NCBI GenBank assembly: GCA_965198115.1
Contig: OZ240241.1
Location: forward strand, 1,984,001-2,048,000
Reading direction: 5' to 3'
From: Candidatus Latescibacterota bacterium
GTDB taxonomy: Bacteria > Latescibacterota > UBA2968
Length of the DNA: 64,000 nucleotides
The notes beneath the pieces are model-generated. The model was not told the origin of the DNA. It searched no databases and saw nothing but the letters and a program-made list of their open reading frames with translations. Every line of letters begins with the position of its first letter. Position 1 is the first letter of the stretch. Both the position numbers and the translations under genes were made by a program. Below, one piece after another: positions 38,327-48,489 of the stretch.

Positions 38327-39279
38327 TGCGGCTGCTCGCTCTCGTCCTCGCAGTCACTCTGATACCTCATCCTGCGTCGGGACAGACCGAGGGCGGGCGA
38401 TTCGCCGGTGACCCGCTGCTGGTGGGCGCCGGCGCGCGATCGCTCGCGATGGGCGGTGCCTACGTGGCAGTCAGTGACGATGCCACGTCGGTCTACTGGA
38501 ATGCTGCGGGCCTTGCGCACCTGAGCTCTGGCGAGGTTCAGGCCCAGCACACCGAGCAGTTCGGCGGCGCCGTCAACCACGATCTTCTGACCCTGTCCCT
38601 CCCGACTCGCGCGGGTGGACTTGGCGCGGGCGTCGTGCGCGTTTCGGTCGATGGAATCAAGCGGACCCAGCTCGAGGATGAAAGCCGACCACTCGGACCC
38701 GGAAACCGGCCCCTGATTCGGTCAGAAGTCGGCAGCAGCGATTATGCGCTTTACCTCGGCTTCGGAAAACCGATCCGTCGTCGGCTCAGCATCGGAGCCA
38801 CCGCAAAGATTGTCTGGCGAAACCTCGCAGTCGGCAGCGGCTCCGGCTTCGGGTTCGACGTGGCCGGGCGCTACACGGCCAGCCCGCACCTGACCGTAGG
38901 TCTCGTGATCAGGGACATCACGCAAACGAGGATCTCTTTCGACTCCGGGACGCAGGATGAAATCTCTCCCTCCATCCTAGCCGGGCTCGCCTACAGCAGG
39001 GCCGTGCGACGAATGGCCGGCAAGGTCACCACAGCCGCGAGCGTCCACCTGAACGAGGACGTCGCATCGGCTGAGAACGATCAGAGGTTCAAGCTGGGTA
39101 TAGAGTACCAACACGAAAAGGGAGTGGCGTTTCGGCTCGGGCTCGATGGCAACCACCTGGCCGCCGGCGCAGGCGTCCTGATCCGCGATCGGTTCAGCGT
39201 GGATCTCGCGTTCCTGGAGGACGGCGATCTCGACAATACCTTTCGGCTCTCTGCATCCTTTTATTTCGGACAACCATGA
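38326..39279 (+). CDS. PorV/PorQ family outer membrane protein
   Basis: GARSLAMGGAYVAVSDDATSVYWNAAGLA. Confidence 0.8.
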   Translation: MRLLALVLAVTLIPHPASGQTEGGRFAGDPLLVGAGARSLAMGGAYVAVSDDATSVYWNAAGLAHLSSGEVQAQHTEQFGGAVNHDLLTLSLPTRAGGLGAGVVRVSVDGIKRTQLEDESRPLGPGNRPLIRSEVGSSDYALYLGFGKPIRRRLSIGATAKIVWRNLAVGSGSGFGFDVAGRYTASPHLTVGLVIRDITQTRISFDSGTQDEISPSILAGLAYSRAVRRMAGKVTTAASVHLNEDVASAENDQRFKLGIEYQHEKGVAFRLGLDGNHLAAGAGVLIRDRFSVDLAFLEDGDLDNTFRLSASFYFGQP

Positions 39280-40178
39280 ATTCAGATCCCCTTGGCGTCT
39301 TCAGATCCGGGCACATCGTCGTCGTCGGTGTGCCCAATACGGGAAAGTCCACGCTCTTCAACGCACTCGTGGGCGAACACCTTTCGATCACGACACCCAA
39401 ACCGCAAACGACTCGACGAACGATCCTCGGCATCCTGACGAACGAACGGGCTCAAATGATGTTCGTGGACACCCCGGGATTGCTCGACCCCGCCTACCGC
39501 CTTCACGAATTGATGCGATCACAGATCGATGAAGCCCTGGAGGGCGCGGACGTCGTCCTCGCACTCGTCGACGCCGCCGACATGACCGGCACCTTCACCG
39601 ACGAAATCAGATCGGCCCTCGGTCGACTCGAACATCCTCTCGTCGTGGCGATCAACAAGATCGACCTCGTCTCCGAGCGCGATCTCGAACAATCGCTTCA
39701 GCACGTGAAGGCGGCCGTGTCGACAAAACACGTGATTCCCGTGTCTGCGCAAACGGGTCGGAACGTGCTCGACCTGCGCGAGCAGCTGGAACAGCTCTTA
39801 CCGGTCGGACCCAAATTCTACCCGGACGACACCCTGACCGAGGAGCCGGAGCGCTTCTTCGTAGAAGAACAGATCCGGGAAGAGACCTTCCTTCGGTTAC
39901 GTCAGGAGGTTCCCTACGCCATCGCGGTCCAGGTGGAGCATTTTCGAGAAGAGGGATCCAAGATCTACATTCACGCGAACATCATCGTGGAACGCGACTC
40001 TCAGAAAGGAATCGTCATCGGTAAGAAAGGCGCGACTCTCAAAACCATCGGGAAAAACGCCAGGGTCCGGATCGAGCGCTTCCTCCAACACCCGGTCTAT
40101 CTCGATCTGCACGTGAAGGTGATCGCCAACTGGCGGAAAAGCGATTCGGCTCTTAGACGTCTGGGGTATCGCGTTTGA
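39276..40178 (+). CDS. era: GTPase Era
   Basis: GVPNTGKST, KPQTTR, DTPG, NKID, KH domain SQKGIVIGKKG. Confidence 0.95.
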   Translation: MNSDPLGVFRSGHIVVVGVPNTGKSTLFNALVGEHLSITTPKPQTTRRTILGILTNERAQMMFVDTPGLLDPAYRLHELMRSQIDEALEGADVVLALVDAADMTGTFTDEIRSALGRLEHPLVVAINKIDLVSERDLEQSLQHVKAAVSTKHVIPVSAQTGRNVLDLREQLEQLLPVGPKFYPDDTLTEEPERFFVEEQIREETFLRLRQEVPYAIAVQVEHFREEGSKIYIHANIIVERDSQKGIVIGKKGATLKTIGKNARVRIERFLQHPVYLDLHVKVIANWRKSDSALRRLGYRV

Positions 40179-40207
40179 CCCCATCCCATTACGTCCTCCC
40201 CTGACGC

Positions 40208-41209
40208 ATGCCCGTCGCAGTCGGAACGTTCGTCAAAATCGTTGCCAGCATCGCCCTGACCGTAGGCTTCCTCTGGTTTGCGTTTGCCACCGTCGACGCC
40301 AGTTCGATCGGTATGGCACTGTCCCTCGCCGACCCCCTGGGCCTCTTGCTCGGCGTGGCCTCGGTCCTCGTCGCCACGCTGCCGCGTGCGTGCCGTTGGG
40401 GATTGCTCATGCAAGGCGTCGCCCGACCCAGGCTCTGGCGAATCACGACAGCGATCCTGGCCGGCTACGCGGCCAACAATTTCGTGCCTCGTTCCGGCGA
40501 AATCGCCCGAGTCCTGGCCCTCGAGCAACGCGACGCCACAGCGGGCCTTTTGGCCGTTTTTGTCGAGCGTGTTCTCGACTTGCTGACTTTGCTCGTTCTG
40601 TTCGTCTTCGTCCTGCAGGTCGTGCCCGAGAAGATCGTCGCGGCTTACCCCTGGGCAGAAACCGCCCTTGTAACCGGCACGATCACAACAGGGATTGCGG
40701 TCCTCCTCATTATAGGGGCTTCTGTCGCTCGCGAAAGTTCAGTCGACCGGCTCAGTCATCTCTTCGACCGAATTTCACCCACCCTGGCCAAGAGGATCTC
40801 TTCCATCCTGACATCATTCACGCGTGGCCTCTCCAGCATCCGCACAGTCCGGGACTGTGCCCTCATCCTCGTCTACACGATCCTTCTCAACCTATGCTAC
40901 GCCCTGTCCGTCTATCTTCCGTTTTCAAGCTTTGGCTTCATCGATCGCTACGGCCTTGGGTTCGGGGATGCTATCGTCGTCATGGCGATCGCAACGATCG
41001 GGATCGTAATCCCGACACCCGGTGGGACGGGCACCTATCACGTGTTCTGCAGCCAGGCGCTAACGCGTCTCTACGACGTACTCCCCGAAGAATCGCTCGC
41101 TTTCGCCACGGCTCTCCACGGGGCTGTGTTTCTCTGTTTCCTGATCACGGGTGGGCCGGTTCTGATTCGATTGTTTTGGCGTCGCCGCGACGCCCCTGCC
41201 GATGCATAA
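40208..41209 (+). CDS. Lysylphosphatidylglycerol synthase TM / UPF0104 flippase-like protein
   Basis: RW, GYAANNFVPRSGE, ERVLD, PTPGGTGTYH. Confidence 0.85.
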   Translation: MPVAVGTFVKIVASIALTVGFLWFAFATVDASSIGMALSLADPLGLLLGVASVLVATLPRACRWGLLMQGVARPRLWRITTAILAGYAANNFVPRSGEIARVLALEQRDATAGLLAVFVERVLDLLTLLVLFVFVLQVVPEKIVAAYPWAETALVTGTITTGIAVLLIIGASVARESSVDRLSHLFDRISPTLAKRISSILTSFTRGLSSIRTVRDCALILVYTILLNLCYALSVYLPFSSFGFIDRYGLGFGDAIVVMAIATIGIVIPTPGGTGTYHVFCSQALTRLYDVLPEESLAFATALHGAVFLCFLITGGPVLIRLFWRRRDAPADA

Positions 41210-41252
41210 ACGATACGCGGGGCGCTCAACGATAGAACGCCCCGCGTATCGT
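41210..41252. terminator. 15-bp perfect stem between convergent genes
   Basis: ACGATACGCGGGGCG...CGCCCCGCGTATCGT. Confidence 0.7.
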
Positions 41253-41270
41253 GGTTCCGTAGGACTTCCC

Positions 41271-41585
41271 TCACGCATCCCCTGACTCCGCGCTCAGTCG
41301 CGCCGAGATCGCCATCTCCGCTTCCGCCTCTTCGATCAGGCCTTTTTGCTGCAGGAGTCGTGACAGACTCGTGTGTGCCAGCGGGTCGTCGGGTGTGAGT
41401 TCGAGGGCGGCCCGTATGGCCACGATGGCGTCGTCGACCTTCCCCTGCCGGTCGCACACTTGGCTGAGCCCCAGATACCCCATCGCAAAGGACCGATCGG
41501 TCGCTACGCTCCGTTCAAAAGCGACCGCGGCTTCCTCCAGGCTGCCCGCAGCCATCAGTCCCAGGCCCTCGATGTAGGCCGACAT
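41271..41585 (-). CDS. Small TPR protein
   Basis: AAGGAGG SD before ATG 41585; ALELTPDDPLAHTSLS. Confidence 0.75.
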   Translation of the reverse strand: MSAYIEGLGLMAAGSLEEAAVAFERSVATDRSFAMGYLGLSQVCDRQGKVDDAIVAIRAALELTPDDPLAHTSLSRLLQQKGLIEEAEAEMAISARLSAESGDA

Positions 41586-41626
41586 CGCCTCCTTCGACGC
41601 TTCCACGATAAACTCCCTACTCGACG

Positions 41627-41836
41627 TTACAGATCTTGTGACAGGAAAACCACGACCCAGAAAAGTAGCAGGGCCACGCCCGCGACGGCCAGCACCCGGC
41701 AAGAATAGCACGGCCTCGAGTCATCCGGCCGTGCCTTCGGGCGCACGCTGCCGCATCGCGGACAGACGATCGCCCCGGAGGGAAGATCCTCTCCACAAGT
41801 CTCGCAAGGAATGATTTCGGCGACCGATCCAGCCAT
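41627..41836 (-). CDS. Small zinc-ribbon membrane protein
   Basis: CETC, CPRC, CYSC, then a C-terminal TM. Confidence 0.6.
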   Translation of the reverse strand: MAGSVAEIIPCETCGEDLPSGAIVCPRCGSVRPKARPDDSRPCYSCRVLAVAGVALLLFWVVVFLSQDL

Positions 41837-41881
41837 GACGTCTCAAATAATAAGAAAGTCGCCCCAGCCCATAAAGGGCTA

Positions 41882-43177
41882 AGGGTTCGCGAATAAATAA
41901 ACGGTCGATCTCAATGTTGAGCCATTGGCCGGATCGTGTAGTTCCAGTCGCCGTGGAAATCGTGCGGAGTGAGATCGATTTGGGTCATCTGTTCATCGGT
42001 CACCTTGACCCCGTTAGGGTAGGGTCGCTTGTCGATCTCGGAGCGTACTCGGAGACCGGCTTGAGTGGTCGTTCCGGCAATGAGATTCACGGTTGCAGCC
42101 AGGCTGACCAGGGGCTTGCCTCGCCAGTTCATAGCGATGAAGGAGAACAGGCGATGTTCGATCTTGTTCCACTTACTAGTGCCAGGAGGGTAGTGGCATA
42201 CGGTGATCGTCAGGCCAGTGCGATTCGCAAAGCGCTGCAGCTCCCACTTCCACAGCCGCGTCTTGGCGCCGTTGCTGCCGCCTGCGTCCGCCGTGATTAG
42301 CAGATGCGTCGAAGTGCCGTAGGCGGGCCGTCCCATGTTCTTCCACCAACTTCGGATCGCATTCACGGCGAAGCTGGCCGTGTCGTGATCGATACCGACA
42401 CTTACCCAGCCTTCATCACGGCTCAGATCATACACTCCATAAGGGATCGCCTTGCCCTGAGCAGGCACTATGAAATCGTGTACCTTCACACGCTCCGGGT
42501 CTCCCTTGGGTCGCCATTCTCGGCCAGGATTCTTGAAGTCGCCGATCAACTCTTTCTTCTTGGTGTCCACCGAGATAACGGGAAGGCCCTGCTGCTGCTG
42601 CTGGCTAATCCGATCATCGAGGTAAACGAACTGAGCGTCCCGATCCGGGTGTGCAGATCCCTCCCTTGTCTTCCGATTCGCCTGCAGCGTGTAATCGTGT
42701 TCGTGCAGGAGATTGGCAACGATCCTGGGGCTCACCGAATGCCCCATCGCTTGCAACTCGGCGGCCAGTTTGCGAGTGCTCTTCGATGTCCATCTCAGAG
42801 GATTGTCGTCAGGCGACCCCGCAGTCGTTGGCTCGACCAGATCATTCAGGTCCTGCCACAGCGTCGGGTCCGTGTCGGCCTTCCGCTTACGACCGCCGCC
42901 TGGACGCCGGATGCGAGCCGGGTCCAAAGGTTCGTCCGACCTCAACTCCTGAATGCCACGAAAGATCCGCTCTCTGGACATTCCTGTCGCCAGAGCCACA
43001 ATCGCGATCCCACCGTGACCCAACGCTTCGGCTTCCGTGGCGGCCCTCAGACGACGCGTGCGTTCCGTCAGCACCGGAGCCAAGGCTTCATACTTCGTTC
43101 GGAGAGTTTCGACGTCCACACTCCGAGCGTAAGATCATTACCTTGAAAAGTGCAGCACTTATTTCGTGGCAAGCCCC
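41882..43177 (-). mobile_element. ISAzo13-family insertion sequence (ends approximate)
   Basis: Imperfect IRs AGGGTTCGCGAATAAATAA / GGGGCTTGCCACGAAATAA flank the transposase. No exact target duplication seen. Confidence 0.75.
41911..43119 (-). CDS. ISAzo13 transposase
   Basis: HPDRDAQF, ISVDTKKKE, ADAGGSNG, PPGTSKWNKIEHRLFS, FHGDWNY. Confidence 0.95.
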   Translation of the reverse strand: MDVETLRTKYEALAPVLTERTRRLRAATEAEALGHGGIAIVALATGMSRERIFRGIQELRSDEPLDPARIRRPGGGRKRKADTDPTLWQDLNDLVEPTTAGSPDDNPLRWTSKSTRKLAAELQAMGHSVSPRIVANLLHEHDYTLQANRKTREGSAHPDRDAQFVYLDDRISQQQQQGLPVISVDTKKKELIGDFKNPGREWRPKGDPERVKVHDFIVPAQGKAIPYGVYDLSRDEGWVSVGIDHDTASFAVNAIRSWWKNMGRPAYGTSTHLLITADAGGSNGAKTRLWKWELQRFANRTGLTITVCHYPPGTSKWNKIEHRLFSFIAMNWRGKPLVSLAATVNLIAGTTTQAGLRVRSEIDKRPYPNGVKVTDEQMTQIDLTPHDFHGDWNYTIRPMAQH

Positions 43178-43211
43178 AAGGCGACTCTTGGTGCATCCGG
43201 TCGATTCTGGA

Positions 43212-46200
43212 TCAGAAGAGACCCGTGATGTCGATCGAGAAGTAATGAATCGGATGGAACGTCTCTGCGAAGTTCGTGGGCCAGGCCAGGTCGTAGCGGA
43301 ACAGGAACAGGCCTAGATTGACTCTCGCCCCGAATCCATACCCGCCCTTCAGGTCGCGAAGCTCGAACCCACCCTGCTCGGCGTCCCACGGATTGAAGCG
43401 ATCTCGGTCGAAGGCCCCACCCACGTCGAGGAACAGTTCGCCCTGAATATTCTGGAAGAACAGCGGCAGCGGCCATCCCATCGCCAGCTGATAGAACAGG
43501 GGGAATCGGAAGGCGAGGTTCGTCAGCACGTAGGAATCACCCGCCGTCTGGAAGAGCTCGACCCCGCGCAGCGGCCACATGAAACTCGAGAAGAACACTT
43601 CGTTGGTCGGGACGTTCGCGACCGTCGAAAACACGGGGTTCACTGGATTGTTCACCCCACCGACGAAGAAGCGGGTGCGGTTCCGTCCCCAGCTCGTGCC
43701 ACCCGACGCCCGGAAAGCGAACGTGTAGTTGTCGAGCACACGCAGGTACTTCCGGTAGTCGCCCTGGACGGTAAAATACTCCAACCCCTTGGGGCTGCCT
43801 TCGACCTCAAGACGTGCGCGACGACCGGAGATCGGGCCAAACAGATCCCTGCGGGTCGTGTCGTCGACGAGAGCGAGCTGGGGAATCGCCGCACGATCGG
43901 TCCTCAAGCGAACACCCGAGGTGTTGCCGGGGGTTCCGCCGAAGAAACCGTTCCGCACGAACGGGTTAAACGTGTCGTCGAAGGCGTCCCGCTGGATCGT
44001 GATGAACCGGATACTCGACTCGACCCGACTGAAGCGGCTGAAGGGGCGGTCGAGCGCGAGGTGCGCACCGTAGTAACGGTCGGCGAACAGCTGATTCCCG
44101 CTGAAAAAGAACAGACGTGTATGGAAGACCTGAGCGAAGTAGTTCGTGGGTCGCTTCAAGTAGGCGTAGGTCAGGAAGAAATCGCTGTCTTCGATCGAGA
44201 AGTTCAAACTCGTGATCAGCGTGAGCCGGTGATCGCCCAGGACATCGCTCAGGGAAAGCTGCGCAAGACCGCTCACCCCGTAGAACGTGTCGAAACCGGC
44301 GTTCGCCGCGAAGATTTCGGGCTTGAACTTCACCTTGTATTTACTGACCTGAAATTCGCGTTCCCAATCGTCCAGACCCGCGACCACCTCACCCTCGGCG
44401 CTCGAAGAATCGGGGGTGGCAACGACTTCCTCGTCGACTGACTCCTCGGACTCATCAGGCTCTTCGACCCACCCCTCCTCCGACTGTGAGTCCTCCTCCG
44501 CCTCTTCGGCGGCCAGGGCCACCTGGTCGGAGACCCACCGCTCGAGCCTCTGCTCTGATTCGTCCACCTCATCCGTCGTTTCACCAGCCTCGCCCGTGAG
44601 GGCCTCTTCGACGTCCTCGTCCGCTTCCTCTCCCCCTTCCTCTGCCGACGCGAGCTCTGCCTTGGCCTCTGCCCGCTGACGCTCGACAAACGATAGATCT
44701 TCAATCCCTTCCCCACGCTTGGCGATCCGTGTGAGTGGGAGAGAGGAGGGATCCTTGGCCTTATCCAAAGGATCCTTGATGGTGTAGATATCGTAGCCAC
44801 CGTTGTGGAACACGGTGAAGGCCATCTTCTTCCCATCGGGCGACCAATCGTAGTCGAGCGCGCTCGCCAGAAGGTTCGTGATGGCTTTTACGTCGCCGCC
44901 ATCGGCGTTCGACACGTAGATGTTTCCGACACCTGTCCGGTCGGAGATGAACGACAGACGCGAGCTGTCTTTACCCCAGGTGGGGTGCGTGTCCTGCGCG
45001 TCGTGTTGGATCACCCGTTTGATTTCGGACCCGTCCGGTCGAATCAGAAAGATGTTGTATTGACCGAACGGAAAGTCCTTCCGGCCGTCGAAGGTCAGGT
45101 CTTCGTTCGGCCGGTCGCCACTCAAGGCCAGCCATTCACCATCAGGTGCCCACGCGAGGTTTTTTTCGTCGTAGGGATCGTGCGTGATGCGGCGGAGCGA
45201 TTCGTCCTCGAGGTTGACGATATAGATGTCGGACCAGCCATCCTTGAGACCCGCGAAGGCGATCTGCTTGCCGTCGGGAGACCACGCCGGCTCGAACAGC
45301 CCGTCCAGGTCGAGACTGAACCGCTTCGTCACCTTCTTACGCTTCACGTCGAACGTATACAGGGTGTTTTTGTTCTTGGACTTGGCCGCGAACGCGATCG
45401 AGCGGCCATCGGGCGACCACGTCAGACCCGGACGCAACACGAACATCCACTCGAAGTCGCTCGACTTCTCGCCTTCGACCAGCCGGCCCAGGTCCTTTCC
45501 ATCGATCGCCGACCGGAGGTAGATGTCGAACGTGCCCTTTCGGTCGGCCAGATACGCAATCTTGTCACCCTGCGGGCTGAATTTCGGCGCGAGGTTGAAG
45601 AATCCGCCTTCGTCCTCGCGATCCGTCAGGGCCTTACCGACTTCCTCGGGCGAGTCGTGTTTGTTGATTTCGTTCCAGTGCTGTCTCTTGAGCCAGATCT
45701 GCCATTTCTCGTTCAATTCCTCCACACCGAATCCGAGCGCAGACTTGAGTGCTTTGTCGATCGTCTTGGCGGTGCGTACGTCGCGGATGACCTGCGCGAC
45801 CTTTTCGCGACCGTATTCCTGTTCGATCATATAAAATATTGACTGACCGCCCTTGTAGGCGAACAGACCACCTTCAGGAATGAACTCGACCGGCGGCACG
45901 TAACCCGTGATCGTGGCGTCGCGCATCTGGTTGTCGGCGGCGACGTCCCAGCCGCGCCTCGAAAGATACTCGGCAATCCCTTCGACCACCCACAGTGGCG
46001 GGATGGTCGCCTGCTGGTTAAGCATGGCCCCGAGCCATCCCCCACCCGTCCACAGCTCGATCGTCACCGAGTGAACGAGCTCGTGGTGGATGACGTGTCT
46101 AAAGTCTCCGTAAGAACCGGTGTAGGGAATCACAACGCGGCCCTGTGCGAATTCCGTAAAGCCCCCCGTGAATTCCGTCAGTTCCCGCCCCGAAATGTTA

Positions 46201-46493
46201 CTGACCGCAAACCCATTGTGGGAGTTGTACATCACGAGCGGATACCGGCCCTTCATCTCGTAGTTCAGGCCTTCCTCGATCTCCACGAGCGACCGCTCCG
46301 CTTCCTTGGCAGCGAACTCGGCAACCGGCATCGACCCTTTGTCGAAATAGATCGTGAAGTGCTCGGTCTCGATGTAATGCCAATCGTAGTCGCCCAAGCT
46401 GACCTTGTTCTTGCCAAAATACTCTTGAGCGGACGTGGTAAGGGGCTGAGACAGGAGTGCAGCGATCAAAATGACGCGTCGCCAGCTTTGCAT
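43212..46493 (-). CDS. Peptidase MA-like + PD40/TolB propeller + Omp85 (BamA-like) barrel fusion
   Basis: FGKNKV, HELVH, repeated WSPDG, acidic linker, DYRKY, FFVGG, PLRG, GYGFGAR; terminal Phe. Confidence 0.8.
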   Translation of the reverse strand: MQSWRRVILIAALLSQPLTTSAQEYFGKNKVSLGDYDWHYIETEHFTIYFDKGSMPVAEFAAKEAERSLVEIEEGLNYEMKGRYPLVMYNSHNGFAVSNISGRELTEFTGGFTEFAQGRVVIPYTGSYGDFRHVIHHELVHSVTIELWTGGGWLGAMLNQQATIPPLWVVEGIAEYLSRRGWDVAADNQMRDATITGYVPPVEFIPEGGLFAYKGGQSIFYMIEQEYGREKVAQVIRDVRTAKTIDKALKSALGFGVEELNEKWQIWLKRQHWNEINKHDSPEEVGKALTDREDEGGFFNLAPKFSPQGDKIAYLADRKGTFDIYLRSAIDGKDLGRLVEGEKSSDFEWMFVLRPGLTWSPDGRSIAFAAKSKNKNTLYTFDVKRKKVTKRFSLDLDGLFEPAWSPDGKQIAFAGLKDGWSDIYIVNLEDESLRRITHDPYDEKNLAWAPDGEWLALSGDRPNEDLTFDGRKDFPFGQYNIFLIRPDGSEIKRVIQHDAQDTHPTWGKDSSRLSFISDRTGVGNIYVSNADGGDVKAITNLLASALDYDWSPDGKKMAFTVFHNGGYDIYTIKDPLDKAKDPSSLPLTRIAKRGEGIEDLSFVERQRAEAKAELASAEEGGEEADEDVEEALTGEAGETTDEVDESEQRLERWVSDQVALAAEEAEEDSQSEEGWVEEPDESEESVDEEVVATPDSSSAEGEVVAGLDDWEREFQVSKYKVKFKPEIFAANAGFDTFYGVSGLAQLSLSDVLGDHRLTLITSLNFSIEDSDFFLTYAYLKRPTNYFAQVFHTRLFFFSGNQLFADRYYGAHLALDRPFSRFSRVESSIRFITIQRDAFDDTFNPFVRNGFFGGTPGNTSGVRLRTDRAAIPQLALVDDTTRRDLFGPISGRRARLEVEGSPKGLEYFTVQGDYRKYLRVLDNYTFAFRASGGTSWGRNRTRFFVGGVNNPVNPVFSTVANVPTNEVFFSSFMWPLRGVELFQTAGDSYVLTNLAFRFPLFYQLAMGWPLPLFFQNIQGELFLDVGGAFDRDRFNPWDAEQGGFELRDLKGGYGFGARVNLGLFLFRYDLAWPTNFAETFHPIHYFSIDITGLF

Positions 46494-46811
46494 GCTTCAC
46501 CTCTCGGTTGGTGGGGTCGTTCGCCTCGACCTTTTCGGCGAACCGGCTCACCTGGCAGAACGACTCGAGTCGGTCTGTATGGTAGACAGTGGATTCAGGC
46601 TAAAGGCTTGGCAAGAGACGTGCCACAACGGCCGAGCACGGGTGCTTCAAGGCTATAAGCTAACCAAAAACAGAGGATTGCCAAATCTGCCACCCCCCGA
46701 CCACCACCCCCAGACTCTGATGCAATCGTGAGTGCTCTCCAGCCACTCCTTTAAATCACGAATTCCTTCAAAGTTGCAGAAATACGCGATCGGATTATTC
46801 GGGATCGTCCC

Positions 46812-46841
46812 TTGACTCACCGGTACGCCCCGGCCTAAATT
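46812..46841 (+). promoter_or_regulatory. Sigma70-like promoter
   Basis: TTGACT-18 bp-TAAATT. Confidence 0.45.
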
Positions 46842-47101
46842 TGTAAGTTGCCTTCATCCCCCAATACGCTAAGGAAGGTCAAATGGAATAAACCCATCAG
46901 CTTTTCGACGACGCGATGGAAGCTGCCTCCCGAGAAGCCGATGAACTCGGCGCGGAAATCGAACACCTACGTCAGGCCCTGACCCGTCTCGAGGCTCGAA
47001 AACAGGCAGTCGACGACGTCGTTCACGCCATCCGACGATGGGTGGAGATCTCCTCCTCGCCGTCGTTCGATCCAGCTGTTTTCGAGGTCTCAAATTCTGA
47101 A

Positions 47102-48489
47102 GGTCAAGTCCCATAGTCAGTTGAAACTCATCGGGCTCCGTGGTATTCATGCTCTCTGCCGAGCATCTTGATTGTCGCCGAGATTCAGGTTGTTTTTCAG
47201 TGCTTGCCTGAGCAGCGGGAGGTGTTTGTATCCGCTCACGCGTCGCAGGCGTGGTTCGATGTCGAGGAGTGCGGCCGCGACCCATCTGTGTCGCTGAGGA
47301 GAGTTGTTCCAGCGGTTGACCTTCCGTATCAGGTTGCCGGTCATGCTGTTGAGCGCCTCGATGCAATTGGTGGTTCGGAAGCTTCGCTTCAAGAACGGGA
47401 GCATCCCCAGCCGGTGGAGGGTCAGGGTTTCCTCCAGTCCTTCCTCGAGGCTTGCCACGGCAGACTGATTCATCAGCTTGAGTTCGGGTTTGAGTGATTC
47501 GAGTGCGGCCTTTGCCTCCTCGTAGGTGTCGCAGTCATAGGCTTTCTGAAGTTTCCGTCGAACTCTTGGACGTTCTGCCTCCGGGAGGTAGCTGACGACG
47601 TTCTCGCGCTTGTGCCACTGACAGCGATGCACGCACACATCCCCTTTGAGGGCTTTGGTGACGGCACTGCGGAGTCCCTTTGAGCCGTCCAGCACAACGA
47701 GAAGGCCCTGGTCGTAGCACAGGCCTCTCCGGATGAGATCCTGGATCAGCTGACGGCAGATCCGTTCGTTCTCCGTCGCCGATTCGACGAAGCCCAGGGG
47801 GATCTTCTGGCCGTCCGTCGTGACGCCCGGAGCGATCACGATCTCTTCGTCGGCAAAGCTCTTTCCGTCGATGAACAGGGCGACCAAGTCGTAGTCGTCG
47901 AGCGGTCGTTCCTGGAACTGCTTCAGCTTCTTTGCGGTGGCTTTGATGAACCGTCGCGAGACGGAGGATGCCGAAATTCCGAACGCTTCGGGTACCGACT
48001 CTGCACAGGCTCTGTAGTTGCGACAGGAGATTCCCTTGAGCACACGAAGCAGCAGCTTCTCATCCATCGCTCTGGGCCTCTGCATCCCCCGGTATGCGGC
48101 CAGAGAAACCTCCGTATCGGACTCGACGTCGCGCACACGGGGAACGGCCACCGGCAGCTTCTGGTCCATCAGATACACGGACCCTTTCTGGCTTCCCCAT
48201 CGACGATGCGACTGCTCTGAACCCTTACGCGCATACCGAACGCCTGCGAGCTGCTCCACCTCCTGCTGGAGCACGTCGGCAACGGCCTCCAGACCCAGCG
48301 GAATCAGCGCCCGGATCACCGATAAACGCGTCTCCAAATCCATAACGTCTGACCCAACCTTGACTTCGCCATCCCCTGCAAATAGCTTCTCCATCGTGGG
48401 CTCCTTTCTTACGGGTACACGCTCTCACACGTCTACCCACAACGTAAGTTTGGAGCCCTTTAAGTTTCAACTAGGATAGGGACCTCACC
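47102..48489 (-). mobile_element. IS256-family element, 1388 bp
   Basis: 27-bp imperfect IRs (19/27 identical); 8-bp TSD ATTCTGAA at 47094-47101 and 48490-48497. Confidence 0.92.
47147..48394 (-). CDS. IS256 transposase
   Basis: VPRVRD, FIDG, LDGSKGL, RCQWHK, RTTNCIEALN. Confidence 0.93.
   Translation of the reverse strand: MEKLFAGDGEVKVGSDVMDLETRLSVIRALIPLGLEAVADVLQQEVEQLAGVRYARKGSEQSHRRWGSQKGSVYLMDQKLPVAVPRVRDVESDTEVSLAAYRGMQRPRAMDEKLLLRVLKGISCRNYRACAESVPEAFGISASSVSRRFIKATAKKLKQFQERPLDDYDLVALFIDGKSFADEEIVIAPGVTTDGQKIPLGFVESATENERICRQLIQDLIRRGLCYDQGLLVVLDGSKGLRSAVTKALKGDVCVHRCQWHKRENVVSYLPEAERPRVRRKLQKAYDCDTYEEAKAALESLKPELKLMNQSAVASLEEGLEETLTLHRLGMLPFLKRSFRTTNCIEALNSMTGNLIRKVNRWNNSPQRHRWVAAALLDIEPRLRRVSGYKHLPLLRQALKNNLNLGDNQDARQRA

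Noticed and set aside
46494-46810. Intergenic stretch of about 300 bp as a possible ncRNA
   Set aside because: No convincing structure or known motif; consistent with a divergent promoter region.
41882-48489. Composite transposon carrying the Omp85 fusion gene
   Set aside because: The flanking IS elements belong to different families, and IS256 has its own TSD, so these are independent insertions.
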